Assembly (NCBI GenBank): GCA_963752075.1
Contig: CAVVWO010000007.1
Coordinates: 14,840 to 78,839, forward strand
Source: an uncultured Acidimicrobiia bacterium
Lineage (GTDB): Bacteria > Actinomycetota > Acidimicrobiia > Spongiisociales > JAENVV01
Length of the DNA: 64,000 nucleotides
Reading direction: 5' to 3'
Positions 1-9,176 of the stretch are shown piece after piece. The translations under genes were made by a program, and so were the position numbers. The first letter of the stretch is position 1, and every line of letters begins with the position of its first letter. The notes under the pieces are model-generated. The model saw only the letters and a program-made list of their open reading frames with translations, did not search any database and was not told the DNA's origin.

Positions 1-343
1 CATCCATCCCCTCGGCAATGATCAGCGACCCAAGGCAACCATGACCGCCAGGGCGTCATTGGAAGCCGTAGACGGCCATGGTCCACGCCGATCAACAAAT
101 ACGGCGCACGAACGCACACTTTGACCAGTGCGCTGGATGGGCACGTCGGCGCTTGGCCTCCACCGTTGGCCACCACTCTCTGTGCCGCGGCGCCATCCAC
201 TCAGGCTGGTGCGTCGCCGTTTCTAGGACGGGCAGAGGTCCTGAACGCTCATCCCCAGCGATGAGCGTGAGCTCGGCCTCCCATCGAGCCATTGCGACTC
301 GAGTGACCCGTCGCCGGCTGGCGGGGCGGATCGCTCCGGAGGT

Positions 344-778
344 TCAACGGGCGTTGATATAGCCTTCGAGTTGTTCGATCATGACCGCCTGCTCGTCGAT
401 GACTGCAGCGACCACATCACCGATCGAGACAACTCCCACCGTCTGGCCGTCCTCGACCACGGGAAGGTGACGAATGCGGTGATCGGTCATCGTCGTCATA
501 CAGTCCTGCAACGTCGCAGTAGGCGAGACGGTGAAGACGTCGGTTGTCATGATCTCGCGGACACGGGTTTCCTTGGATAGGCGATCGAGCAGGATCACTT
601 TGCGCGCGTAATCGCGCTCGGAGATAATTCCAGCCAGGTCTTGGCCGTCCAGCACGAGAAGGGCCCCCACCCTCCTGTTCGCCATGTCCTCCAGCGCCTC
701 GAATACGGTGGCATCGGGGCCGATGCTGAACACCTCGGCGCCTTTAGTTCTCAGCAAATGCGCCACGGTCGACTGCAT
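344..778 (-). CDS. CBS domain-containing protein
   Basis: 144 aa with a tandem CBS pair (VGALLVLD...GIISERDY; IRHLPVV...GVVSIGD); GAGGAG RBS. Confidence 0.9.
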   Translation of the reverse strand: MQSTVAHLLRTKGAEVFSIGPDATVFEALEDMANRRVGALLVLDGQDLAGIISERDYARKVILLDRLSKETRVREIMTTDVFTVSPTATLQDCMTTMTDHRIRHLPVVEDGQTVGVVSIGDVVAAVIDEQAVMIEQLEGYINAR

Positions 779-984
779 GCGCGATTCTCCTCAGGTGTGT
801 CTCCTTCGAACATACAGGCCGGTCTCGTTTCGGAGCGTCTGGAATACCAAAAAGGTCAGTGTCTGGTGGGATCTCCCTGTCGCCCTCGGGCCAAGGTTCG
901 CACCACCCCCGATAGACTGACGAGTAGACCATCAGCGGATCGCCGGCGATCCCTCTTCGATCCCGGCAACGAGAGGAATAGCCC

Positions 985-2163
985 ATGGCTCAACCAAATC
1001 CCGTCGATTTCCTGGACATTCGTTCGCAGCTCGATGACGAGGAGCGGATGATCCAAGACACGGTGCGGCGCTTCGTGGACGAGCAGGTCCTGCCGCACGT
1101 CGCCGACTGGTTCGACGAGGGCACGATCCCCACTGACATCGCCAAGGAACTCGGAGCGTTGGGCCTCCTCGGCATGCACCTCGAAGGGTACGGATGCGCC
1201 GGCACGAACGCGGTTTCGTACGGCCTTGCCTGCCTGGAACTCGAGGCGGGTGACTCGGGAATTCGTTCCCTCGTATCGGTCCAGGGTTCGCTGGCGATGT
1301 TCCCGATCTGGAAATACGGCTCGGAGGAACAGAAACAGGAGTGGCTGCCCCAAATGGCCGCCGGCGAGGCGATAGGCTGCTTCGGCCTGACCGAATCCGA
1401 TTCGGGCAGCGACCCTTCCTCGATGCAGACCCGAGCCAAACAAGACGGTACCGACTGGGTTCTCAACGGCCGCAAGATGTGGATCACCAACGGCAACATC
1501 GCCGACGTGGCGGTGGTCTGGGCGATGACCGATGATGGAATCCGCGGCTTTGTCGTCCCGACAGACACCCCCGGATTCTCGGCGAACCTCATTCACAAGA
1601 AGATGTCGCTACGAGCGTCGATCACCTCGGAGTTGGTGCTCGACGACGTTCGGCTCCCGGCAGAAGCCATGCTTCCCGGCGTGGCCGGCATGCGAGGGCC
1701 GCTGTCCTGCTTGTCGGAGGCCCGGTACGGAATCGCCTGGGGAGCGGTTGGGGCCGCCCGGGCTTGCTACGAAGCCGCCCTCGAGTACTCCAAGGAACGG
1801 GTCCAGTTCGGTGCCCCCATCGCCTCCTTCCAACTCACCCAACGCAAACTGGTGGAGATGATGGTGGCGGTCAATCAGGGCACCATGCTGGCGCTGCGCC
1901 TGGGCCGTCTCAAAGACGGCCCAGGGGTGCACCCGTCGCAGATCAGCATGGGGAAGATGGTCAACGTACGAGCTGCGCTCGAGGTGGCCCGGGAGGCGCG
2001 CAACGTCTTGGGGGCAAACGGCATCACGCTCGAGTACCCGGTCATCCGTCACATGAACAACTTGGAGAGCGTCTACACCTACGAAGGTACGAACGAGATT
2101 CACACCCTGATCCTCGGTCAAGCGATCACCGGCATGGCGGCGTTCAATCCGCCTCAATCGTGA
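985..2163 (+). CDS. acyl-CoA dehydrogenase, glutaryl-CoA dehydrogenase-like
   Basis: GCFGLTESDSGSDP, LNGRKMWITNG, RVQFG and YTYEGTNEIH motifs. Confidence 0.88.
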   Translation: MAQPNPVDFLDIRSQLDDEERMIQDTVRRFVDEQVLPHVADWFDEGTIPTDIAKELGALGLLGMHLEGYGCAGTNAVSYGLACLELEAGDSGIRSLVSVQGSLAMFPIWKYGSEEQKQEWLPQMAAGEAIGCFGLTESDSGSDPSSMQTRAKQDGTDWVLNGRKMWITNGNIADVAVVWAMTDDGIRGFVVPTDTPGFSANLIHKKMSLRASITSELVLDDVRLPAEAMLPGVAGMRGPLSCLSEARYGIAWGAVGAARACYEAALEYSKERVQFGAPIASFQLTQRKLVEMMVAVNQGTMLALRLGRLKDGPGVHPSQISMGKMVNVRAALEVAREARNVLGANGITLEYPVIRHMNNLESVYTYEGTNEIHTLILGQAITGMAAFNPPQS

Positions 2164-3083
2164 AGGTCGGGATCCAACTTCCGGAAGTCGAGCGGGAGGT
2201 CCGCTGGCCGGAACTCGCCGAGATGGCTCGGAGAATCGAGGATGGCGGATTCGACTCGATCTGGGTGGGTGATCACCTCCTGTATCGGGACGACCAAGAC
2301 GAGTTGGGGCCGTGGGAGGCCTGGTCGCAGATGGCTGCGATCGCGGCCATCACCCAACGCGTCGAGATCGGACCTCTGGTGGCGGCTACGTCCTTCCACA
2401 GCCCGGCGATGCTGGCCAAGAAGGCGATCACCCTCGACGAGATCAGCAACGGTCGATTCATCCTCGGTCTGGGAGCGGGGTGGAACGAGGCTGAGTACCG
2501 CGCCTTCGGATTCCCCTTCGACCGGCGCGCCAGCCGCTTCGAAGAGGCTTTCGAGATCATCAGGCGCCTGGTCGCGGGGGAGCGGGTCGACTTCTCCGGC
2601 GAGTTCTATCACGTCGAGGAATCGGTGCTGCTCCCGACCGGCCCGCGGCCGGGCGGTCCGCCGCTCCTGATCGGCTCGGAGGGACCGCGGATGCTGTCTA
2701 TCACCGCTCCGTATATGTCCATGTGGAACGCCTGGTACGCCTGGTACGGAAACCGGCCCGAGGGATTGCCGCCACTGCTCGCCAAGGTGGATGCCGCGCT
2801 GGTCGCGGCGGGACGGGACCCGAGCGAGGTCGTCAAGACCGTGGCCGTGCTGGTCGGCCTCGACGGGTCAGCCGGAAGTACCAGGGCGCTGACGAGAGTC
2901 GAAGCCGAACCACTCCGTGGCAGTGTCGATCAGCTGGCCGGCGCGTTGGCGAGTTGGCAGGACCACGGCATCGGACACATCCAACTCGTGCTCGACCCGA
3001 TCACGGTGGAGTCGATCGACACCATGACGGCCGTGTTGGCCCGCCTCCGTCCCCTGACGGGCGAGGGTGGCGGGAGAGCATGA
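2160..3083 (+). CDS. LLM-class flavin-dependent oxidoreductase (luciferase-like)
   Basis: GTG overlaps the upstream TGA; GFDSIWVGDH, GRFILGLGAGW motifs; true start lies inside ORF 1764..3083. Confidence 0.85.
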   Translation: MKVGIQLPEVEREVRWPELAEMARRIEDGGFDSIWVGDHLLYRDDQDELGPWEAWSQMAAIAAITQRVEIGPLVAATSFHSPAMLAKKAITLDEISNGRFILGLGAGWNEAEYRAFGFPFDRRASRFEEAFEIIRRLVAGERVDFSGEFYHVEESVLLPTGPRPGGPPLLIGSEGPRMLSITAPYMSMWNAWYAWYGNRPEGLPPLLAKVDAALVAAGRDPSEVVKTVAVLVGLDGSAGSTRALTRVEAEPLRGSVDQLAGALASWQDHGIGHIQLVLDPITVESIDTMTAVLARLRPLTGEGGGRA

Positions 3084-4045
3084 GCGAAGTGTGGAGGTTC
3101 GCCCAGTTCTCGACGTTTGCCGGCGTCCCGTCCCGGCATCCCAAAGCGCTGGCTGACGAACCGGCTGATGTCGTCATCATGGGTGCCCCCATCGACTGGG
3201 GAGCCACCTACCGGGGAGGAGCCCGATTCGGGCCCAAGGCCATCCGGGAAGCCGACTACCTCGATGCCGACGCCCGCCGTCCCCATCTGCCGACGGGAAT
3301 CGACCCGTTCGAGGTCCTGAGTGTCGTGGACGTCGGTGACCTGGAGACTGCGCCCGGTTATCTGGAACTCGGTCTCGAACAACTCGCCGACGCAGTCGCA
3401 TCGATCGCTGGCACGGGGGCCGTCCCGATCATCCTGGGAGGCGATCATTCGGTCACCTACGGAAACGGAACAGGGTTGGCGCGTGCCCATGGCGCCGGCT
3501 CGTTCGGGCTCGTTCACTTCGACGCGCACGCCGACACCGGTGAACTCAACATGGGTCAGCTCCATGGCCACGGCACCCCTATGCGGCGTCTCATCGAGTC
3601 CGGAGCAGTGCCAGGTTCTCGTTTCGTGCAGATCGGCCTGCGGGGCTATTGGCCCGCCCCCGAGGTGGTGACCTGGATGCACGAGCACGACATGAAGACG
3701 TTCTTCATGTCCGAGATCGTCGAACGGGGCCTCGGACCTGTGGTCGACGACGCCGTCGCCGCCTGCACCGATAACTCGAAGGGAGTCTTTCTCTCGATCG
3801 ACATCGACGTGGTCGATCCCGGCATGGCACCAGGCACGGGTACGCCAGAACCGGGCGGGCTGACCTCGCGCGAACTCCTGGATACGGTGCGGCGATTGGC
3901 GCGCCAATTGCCGATCCTCGGAGCCGACATCGTCGAGGTTTCACCCCCCTACGACGGTCCTGGCCAGGTCACCGCCTTCCTGGCCAATCGAGTGGTGCTG
4001 GAGATTCTCAACGGGATGGCTGAGCGCCGAGTTGCCGCCCGCTGA
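3080..4045 (+). CDS. agmatinase/ureohydrolase family protein
   Basis: GARFGP, GGDHS, HFDAHAD, SIDIDVVDP..APGTGTP Mn-binding motifs; ATGA overlap with upstream gene. Confidence 0.88.
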   Translation: MSEVWRFAQFSTFAGVPSRHPKALADEPADVVIMGAPIDWGATYRGGARFGPKAIREADYLDADARRPHLPTGIDPFEVLSVVDVGDLETAPGYLELGLEQLADAVASIAGTGAVPIILGGDHSVTYGNGTGLARAHGAGSFGLVHFDAHADTGELNMGQLHGHGTPMRRLIESGAVPGSRFVQIGLRGYWPAPEVVTWMHEHDMKTFFMSEIVERGLGPVVDDAVAACTDNSKGVFLSIDIDVVDPGMAPGTGTPEPGGLTSRELLDTVRRLARQLPILGADIVEVSPPYDGPGQVTAFLANRVVLEILNGMAERRVAAR

Positions 4046-4107
4046 GCCCGGCGGCGTCTGGCATGGCGTCCGGCAGGGGCGTCCGGCCGACGCGCTAGCG
4101 TGGACGT

Positions 4108-4467
4108 ATGGAAACGCTTGAAACGATTCACTCACTATTCCGTTGGATAGTCCTGGCGGTACTCATCGCCGCCCCCGCCCTGGCGCTGGTGCGATGGCGC
4201 CAGAAAGCCGAATGGTCGAGCGAGAAAGCCAAGCCGTTCGCCATGGCGATGGTCGTGTACGACATCCAGGTCTTGATCGGAATCATCCTGTGGATCATCG
4301 GTGGATCCCCACGGGCGGACCATCCCTACATCATGCTGGTAGCGGTGGTCGGCGGCCACATCGCCATCGCACGAGCGCGCAAGACCGAGGGAGAGCGTGG
4401 CTACTTCGTGGTAGGCGTGGGTTTGGCCATCACCTTGTTGCTCACCCTCGCCGGCATCCCCTGGTGA
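4108..4467 (+). CDS. small membrane protein
   Basis: 119 aa with about four hydrophobic segments; TAGCGT -10 six nt before ATG. Confidence 0.75.
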   Translation: METLETIHSLFRWIVLAVLIAAPALALVRWRQKAEWSSEKAKPFAMAMVVYDIQVLIGIILWIIGGSPRADHPYIMLVAVVGGHIAIARARKTEGERGYFVVGVGLAITLLLTLAGIPW

Positions 4468-4500
4468 GATGCTGTCCAGGCGCGTGAAGGGGTCGACCGG

Positions 4501-5154
4501 ATGGAGCTGACCCCACAGGAATCCCGGGTTCTCGGTGCGCTCATCGAAAAGCACATGACGACGCCCGACCTCTACCCGCTCACGACCACTTCGCTCCGGG
4601 CGGCCTGCAACCAATCGTCGAATCGCGAGCCTGTCGTCGCGTACGACGAGGACACGATCATCGAAGCGGTCAATCTGCTCCGCGAAAAGGAAATGGCACG
4701 AACCGTGAAGCGGGCGGGCGAGCGGGCCATCAAACACCTCGAGACTGCTGAAGAAGGCCTCGACCTCGACCGGCGCCAGAAAGCCCTCTTGGCCGTGCTG
4801 CTTCTGCGGGGGCCTCAGACGGTTGGCGAACTACGGGCTCGAACGGAGCGATATTGCAGCTTCGCCGATATGGAAGACGTCGAGTTCACCCTGCATGCCA
4901 TGGAATCTGCCGATATCCCGACGGTACGCCTCCTGGCCAGGCGTCCTGGACAAAAGGAACCCCGGTACGTACACCTTCTTGGCTCGACTGAAGCGTCGGA
5001 TACCGAGGGGTCCGACTTTGCGCACGACTTGACACCCGACGTCGAGCAGACGACCGAGCGTACTGATCTTCGCTCGGAGGTGGCCCAACTCCGCAGCGAA
5101 GTCGAACACCTCCGGAGCGAAGTCGACGAACTCAAGACCCTCCTCGAGGACTGA
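4501..5154 (+). CDS. YceH/DUF480 family protein
   Basis: RVLGALIEK..TTPD.YPLT...L.AACNQ.SNREPV; LLLRGPQT.GELR.RTER. Confidence 0.9.
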   Translation: MELTPQESRVLGALIEKHMTTPDLYPLTTTSLRAACNQSSNREPVVAYDEDTIIEAVNLLREKEMARTVKRAGERAIKHLETAEEGLDLDRRQKALLAVLLLRGPQTVGELRARTERYCSFADMEDVEFTLHAMESADIPTVRLLARRPGQKEPRYVHLLGSTEASDTEGSDFAHDLTPDVEQTTERTDLRSEVAQLRSEVEHLRSEVDELKTLLED

Positions 5155-5309
5155 CAGACTCGACCTCCAGGCAAGGCACAACTCCCGATAGCGCTCCTTC
5201 TCGAGAATATTGCAGGATGCAACGACCCCGTTAACGCTCGATTAACCGCGCGCGGCGTAGAAAGGGCCGCAGACATCTGTGGAGGTGAGCTGTGCGGTCC
5301 CATAGGACC

Positions 5310-7472
5310 ATGATTACGAGGGGTGCGGGACGAGTCCGCTCGAGGACCGTGGCCCTGGCGGTCTTCCTGTGGGCGATGGGCACACTGGTTGCTCCTGCCG
5401 CCCTGGCGCAGACTGTCACGACCGTCTCGATCACCACGACGCTCACCCCGCTGGCCGTCACGGTTGCCCCAGGTACCACGATCTCGTTCGTCAACAACGA
5501 CGGCGAGCGGCACCGGATGCGGACGACCAACTCACCCGTGGACTTCGACTCAGGGAACCTCGAAGCGGGTGAGAGCTTCAACGTGACGCTGGATGTCCCA
5601 GGTATCTATCTCTATGTCGACGACCGAGATGACGCCAACACGGCCTATCACGGGGCGATCACCGTGGAGGAGGCTGCCGTTGATCCAGGAGATCCGCCCC
5701 CGCCTCCGCCCCCATCGGCCACCTCGGGGGATGTGTCGATGGCCGGGCGTCAATTCAGTCCTGCCTCCCTGACCGTTGCCGAGGGGGCAACCGTGTCCTT
5801 TGCCAACGACGACGACCGAGATCATACGGTGACGGCCAACGACGGTTCGTTCGACAGTGGCACCAAAGCTCCGGGCACCGCGTACGCGCGTACTTTCGCG
5901 ACTGCGGGGACCTACAACTACTTCTGTGTGTTCCATCCCGACATGACCGGCACGATCATCGTGACCGGCGCCGATGGGGAGCCGCCACCTCCCGCGGAGG
6001 ACCCACCTCCGCCGCCGCCTCCTGCACCGGTGTCCGGTGATGTCGAGATCGTAGACTTCGCGTTCGCGCCAACTTCGTTGACCGTTCCCATCGGTTCCAC
6101 GGTGACGTGGGGCAACAACGGCCTGGCTCCTCACACCGTGACCGATCGCGCCGGGTCCTTCGACAGCGGGTTCATCGACCCTGGAGCGACGTATCAACGC
6201 ACTTTCGCCACCGAAGGCACCTTCGACTACTTCTGCACTCTTCATCCCGAAATGACCGGCACCGTCTTGGTCAGCGGCTCCAGCGGCGAGCCGCCGCCTG
6301 CGGCGGAACCGATCCCGCCCCCAGCAACCCCGTCACCGGTGTCGGGTGACGTGGAGATGGTCGACTTTTCATTCGGACCGTCGTCGCTCACGGTTTCGGT
6401 GGGTTCTACCGTCACGTGGGGGAACAACGGCGTCGCTCCGCACACGGTGACCGATAAGGCCGGCAGCTTCGACTCCGGAATCGTGCCGGCGGGCGACTCG
6501 TACCAGCGGACGTTCGCAACCCCGGGCACATACAACTACTTCTGCACCCTGCATCCCCAGATGGTCGGCACTCTCGTCGTTCTCGACGCGTCCGGGGAGG
6601 CGCCACCGGCCGCAGACCCGGTCCAAACCAGCTCGGGTGCTCCCGCCCCGCCCGGCGCACTCCAGATGCAAGACTTCTCATATTCCCCCTCTTCCATCAC
6701 CGTCACGGCAGGTACCTCCCTCACGTGGTTCAACAGTGGTTTGGCGCCCCACACTGTCACCGGTCCCGGATTCGACTCCGGCCTCGTGCAACCAGGCAGC
6801 AGTTACCGCTGGAACTTCGACGCCCCCGGCACCTTCAACTACCTCTGCACGATCCACCCACAGATGAGGGGGGTGGTGGTGGTCACCGACGAGAACGGCG
6901 AGGCGCCATCCGCAGAAGAGACCGACGCTTTGGCGGGCGGCGGAGGCATAGCCGAGCTTCTGCGCCAGTCGGCTGCGCGCCGAGCCATTCTGGGACTCGC
7001 CGCTGAGAGCGAAACTCCGATAATCCAGGCGACCATGTTCGAATTCGGATACGACCCGACCCCGTTGGTAGCGCCGGTGGGAAGCACGGTGATGTGGACG
7101 AACACCGGTCAGGCGCCCCACACCGTCACCGATCAGTCAGGAGCGTTCGACAGCGATTGGGTCGACCCAGGCGGGCTGTGGCAACGCCGATTCGACGACG
7201 TCGGAGAGTACGAGATCTTCTGTACCATTCACCCCCAGATGGTGACGACGTTGAAGATCGTCGAAGAAGTAGCCACCAGTACAGCTGGTGACCTCGAAAC
7301 GGATGGCTCACTTGTGTTGGCCGGCGGTATCGATCTCGGACTCGACCAATCTCCGCCCGCTTGGCACCAACGGCCCATGTCGGCGATCGGAGTGGCAGCC
7401 GCGGTCCTCGCTTTGGCTGTGACGCTCGGAGGTGGGGTTCTGGCGATCGTGGTTGTCGGCCGCCGACAGTAA
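5310..7472 (+). CDS. secreted, membrane-anchored multi-cupredoxin protein (six plastocyanin/amicyanin-like domains)
   Basis: Signal peptide ending ALA-Q; five HTVT...C-x2-HP-x-M type-1 Cu sites plus one degenerate domain; Pro-rich linkers; C-terminal TM helix with RR tail; start could be 5292. Confidence 0.88.
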   Translation: MITRGAGRVRSRTVALAVFLWAMGTLVAPAALAQTVTTVSITTTLTPLAVTVAPGTTISFVNNDGERHRMRTTNSPVDFDSGNLEAGESFNVTLDVPGIYLYVDDRDDANTAYHGAITVEEAAVDPGDPPPPPPPSATSGDVSMAGRQFSPASLTVAEGATVSFANDDDRDHTVTANDGSFDSGTKAPGTAYARTFATAGTYNYFCVFHPDMTGTIIVTGADGEPPPPAEDPPPPPPPAPVSGDVEIVDFAFAPTSLTVPIGSTVTWGNNGLAPHTVTDRAGSFDSGFIDPGATYQRTFATEGTFDYFCTLHPEMTGTVLVSGSSGEPPPAAEPIPPPATPSPVSGDVEMVDFSFGPSSLTVSVGSTVTWGNNGVAPHTVTDKAGSFDSGIVPAGDSYQRTFATPGTYNYFCTLHPQMVGTLVVLDASGEAPPAADPVQTSSGAPAPPGALQMQDFSYSPSSITVTAGTSLTWFNSGLAPHTVTGPGFDSGLVQPGSSYRWNFDAPGTFNYLCTIHPQMRGVVVVTDENGEAPSAEETDALAGGGGIAELLRQSAARRAILGLAAESETPIIQATMFEFGYDPTPLVAPVGSTVMWTNTGQAPHTVTDQSGAFDSDWVDPGGLWQRRFDDVGEYEIFCTIHPQMVTTLKIVEEVATSTAGDLETDGSLVLAGGIDLGLDQSPPAWHQRPMSAIGVAAAVLALAVTLGGGVLAIVVVGRRQ

Positions 7473-7621
7473 TCGGGCGATCAGGTAGCATCGGCCCCCG
7501 ATACTGGTGACCCGGGCGACCGGGCGTTGGATGTCGGCTGCCACCGGCGACCTTTGGTCGCCTTGACCACAACCCACGCCAAATCCCCCAACCTCCAGAA
7601 GGTGGGGAGAGAGGAGCGACC

Positions 7622-8500
7622 ATGGGGGACCAACCCCAGAAGGTGAGTGCCCCAGCCATCCGGGCCCGCAAGGGCGGACCGAAGATCGGCATGGTGACTG
7701 CCTACGACACGCCAGGTGCCCACATCGCCTCGGAGGCAGGCGCCGACATCATTCTCGTCGGCGACTCTGTGGCCAACGTAGTGCTTGGGTTCGAGGACAC
7801 CCTTTCCGTCGATGTCGACGTGATGATCCACCACACCGCAGCCGTTGCCCGGGCCAAGCCGCATTCCCTGGTGCTCGGCGACCTTCCATGGATGAGCTAT
7901 CACATCTCTCTCGAAGAATCCGTCCGGAACGCGTCTCGTCTCGTTCGGGAAGGCGGAGCCGAAGCAGTGAAGCTGGAAGGCGGTCGGAAGCGAGTCGAGG
8001 TGATCGAGGCCATCGTCGGCGCTGAGATTCCGGTCATGGGTCACCTCGGCCTCACCCCCCAGTCGGTCCACTCGATGGGTGGGTACAAGGTGCAGGGCAG
8101 GGCGGTGGCGGACGCCAGAGAGATGATCGCCGACGCCGTTGCGTTGGTGGAGGCCGGAGTGTTCGCCATGGTGCTGGAAGGAGTTCCCGAGCTGCTCGCC
8201 CAGTTGATCACCAAAGAAGTGTCGGTACCGACCATCGGAATCGGCGCAGGGAAGTACTGCGACGGCCAGGTGCTCGTCTTCCACGACGCACTGGGATTAC
8301 ACGGCGGCCACTACCCGAAATTCGTCCGCCAATACGCGGATCTCAAGTCACAGGCGGTTGAGGCCTTGCGCCAATACTTCACCGATGTCCAGTCGGGTGA
8401 GTTCCCGAGTGACGACGAGACCTATCACATGTCGGAGGAGGCTGCGGCCGCTCTACTCGAGGAGGAGCCACGCGACCTTTCCTGGCCGCTCTCCTGGTAG
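7622..8500 (+). CDS. panB: 3-methyl-2-oxobutanoate hydroxymethyltransferase
   Basis: TAYD, LVGDS, VKLEGG, GHLGLTPQ, PTIGIGAG..CDGQVLV motifs. Confidence 0.95.
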   Translation: MGDQPQKVSAPAIRARKGGPKIGMVTAYDTPGAHIASEAGADIILVGDSVANVVLGFEDTLSVDVDVMIHHTAAVARAKPHSLVLGDLPWMSYHISLEESVRNASRLVREGGAEAVKLEGGRKRVEVIEAIVGAEIPVMGHLGLTPQSVHSMGGYKVQGRAVADAREMIADAVALVEAGVFAMVLEGVPELLAQLITKEVSVPTIGIGAGKYCDGQVLVFHDALGLHGGHYPKFVRQYADLKSQAVEALRQYFTDVQSGEFPSDDETYHMSEEAAAALLEEEPRDLSWPLSW

Positions 8501-9039
8501 CAGGAGTATCGCTCTCCGCCTGTGGCTCGTCCGGCGTCACCACCTCCGAGGGAGTGGTGGTGGTCACCGCTGCTCCGCAAACGACCGTGGCGACGACGTC
8601 GACTACGTTTGGTGAACCGGTACCGGAAACCACCACCGTCACCACGCTCGGTCTTGCGTCGCTCGACACGGGTGACATCTTGGGTTTCGAAATCGAGACC
8701 GTCACCGTCGGAGGCCAAACGCTCGTCGTAGCGGTGGCGGACGAGGGCGAGTTGCGCCAGCGCGGACTGATGGGCGTCACCGACTTCGGTGACGTAGACG
8801 GGATGCTGTTCGAGTTCGAACTTCCGACGCTGGGCGGCTTCTGGATGAAGGACACACTCGTACCGCTCGACATCGCATTCTTTGACGAGGAAGGCAACCT
8901 CGTCCAGATCATGACCATGACCCCGTGCGTCACCGAAGACTGCCCCTCCTACACACCCGGTGGGGCCTATCGGTGGGCGCTCGAGCGACCGGCCGGCACC
9001 TTGCTCGGCTCTTCCAACGACATCACGCTGATTCGCTAG
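8470..9039 (+). CDS. DUF192 family putative lipoprotein
   Basis: RQRGLM, GMLFEF, FWMKDT.VPLDIAF, ALE motifs; frame extends upstream through a lipobox (LSAC) to an ACG at 8470; first canonical start is 8554. Confidence 0.75.
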   Translation, partial: TRPFLAALLVAGVSLSACGSSGVTTSEGVVVVTAAPQTTVATTSTTFGEPVPETTTVTTLGLASLDTGDILGFEIETVTVGGQTLVVAVADEGELRQRGLMGVTDFGDVDGMLFEFELPTLGGFWMKDTLVPLDIAFFDEEGNLVQIMTMTPCVTEDCPSYTPGGAYRWALERPAGTLLGSSNDITLIR

Positions 9040-9176
9040 GGAGACACCGCTGAACCGTCGCGGACGGTCTTTTTCCTCTCCGTGGGTCGCCAACCTCGGC
9101 GTACAGTAGAGGTGGCATTGGCGAAGGCGGCGTGCAGGAGGTTTGTGGCTGCGGCCTTCCGAAGAAGGGAACGATC

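Noticed and set aside
1-292. Minus-strand frame with two TGA codons at the window edge (possible selenoprotein)
   Set aside because: No redox motif or family similarity; more likely a truncated or indel-affected gene.
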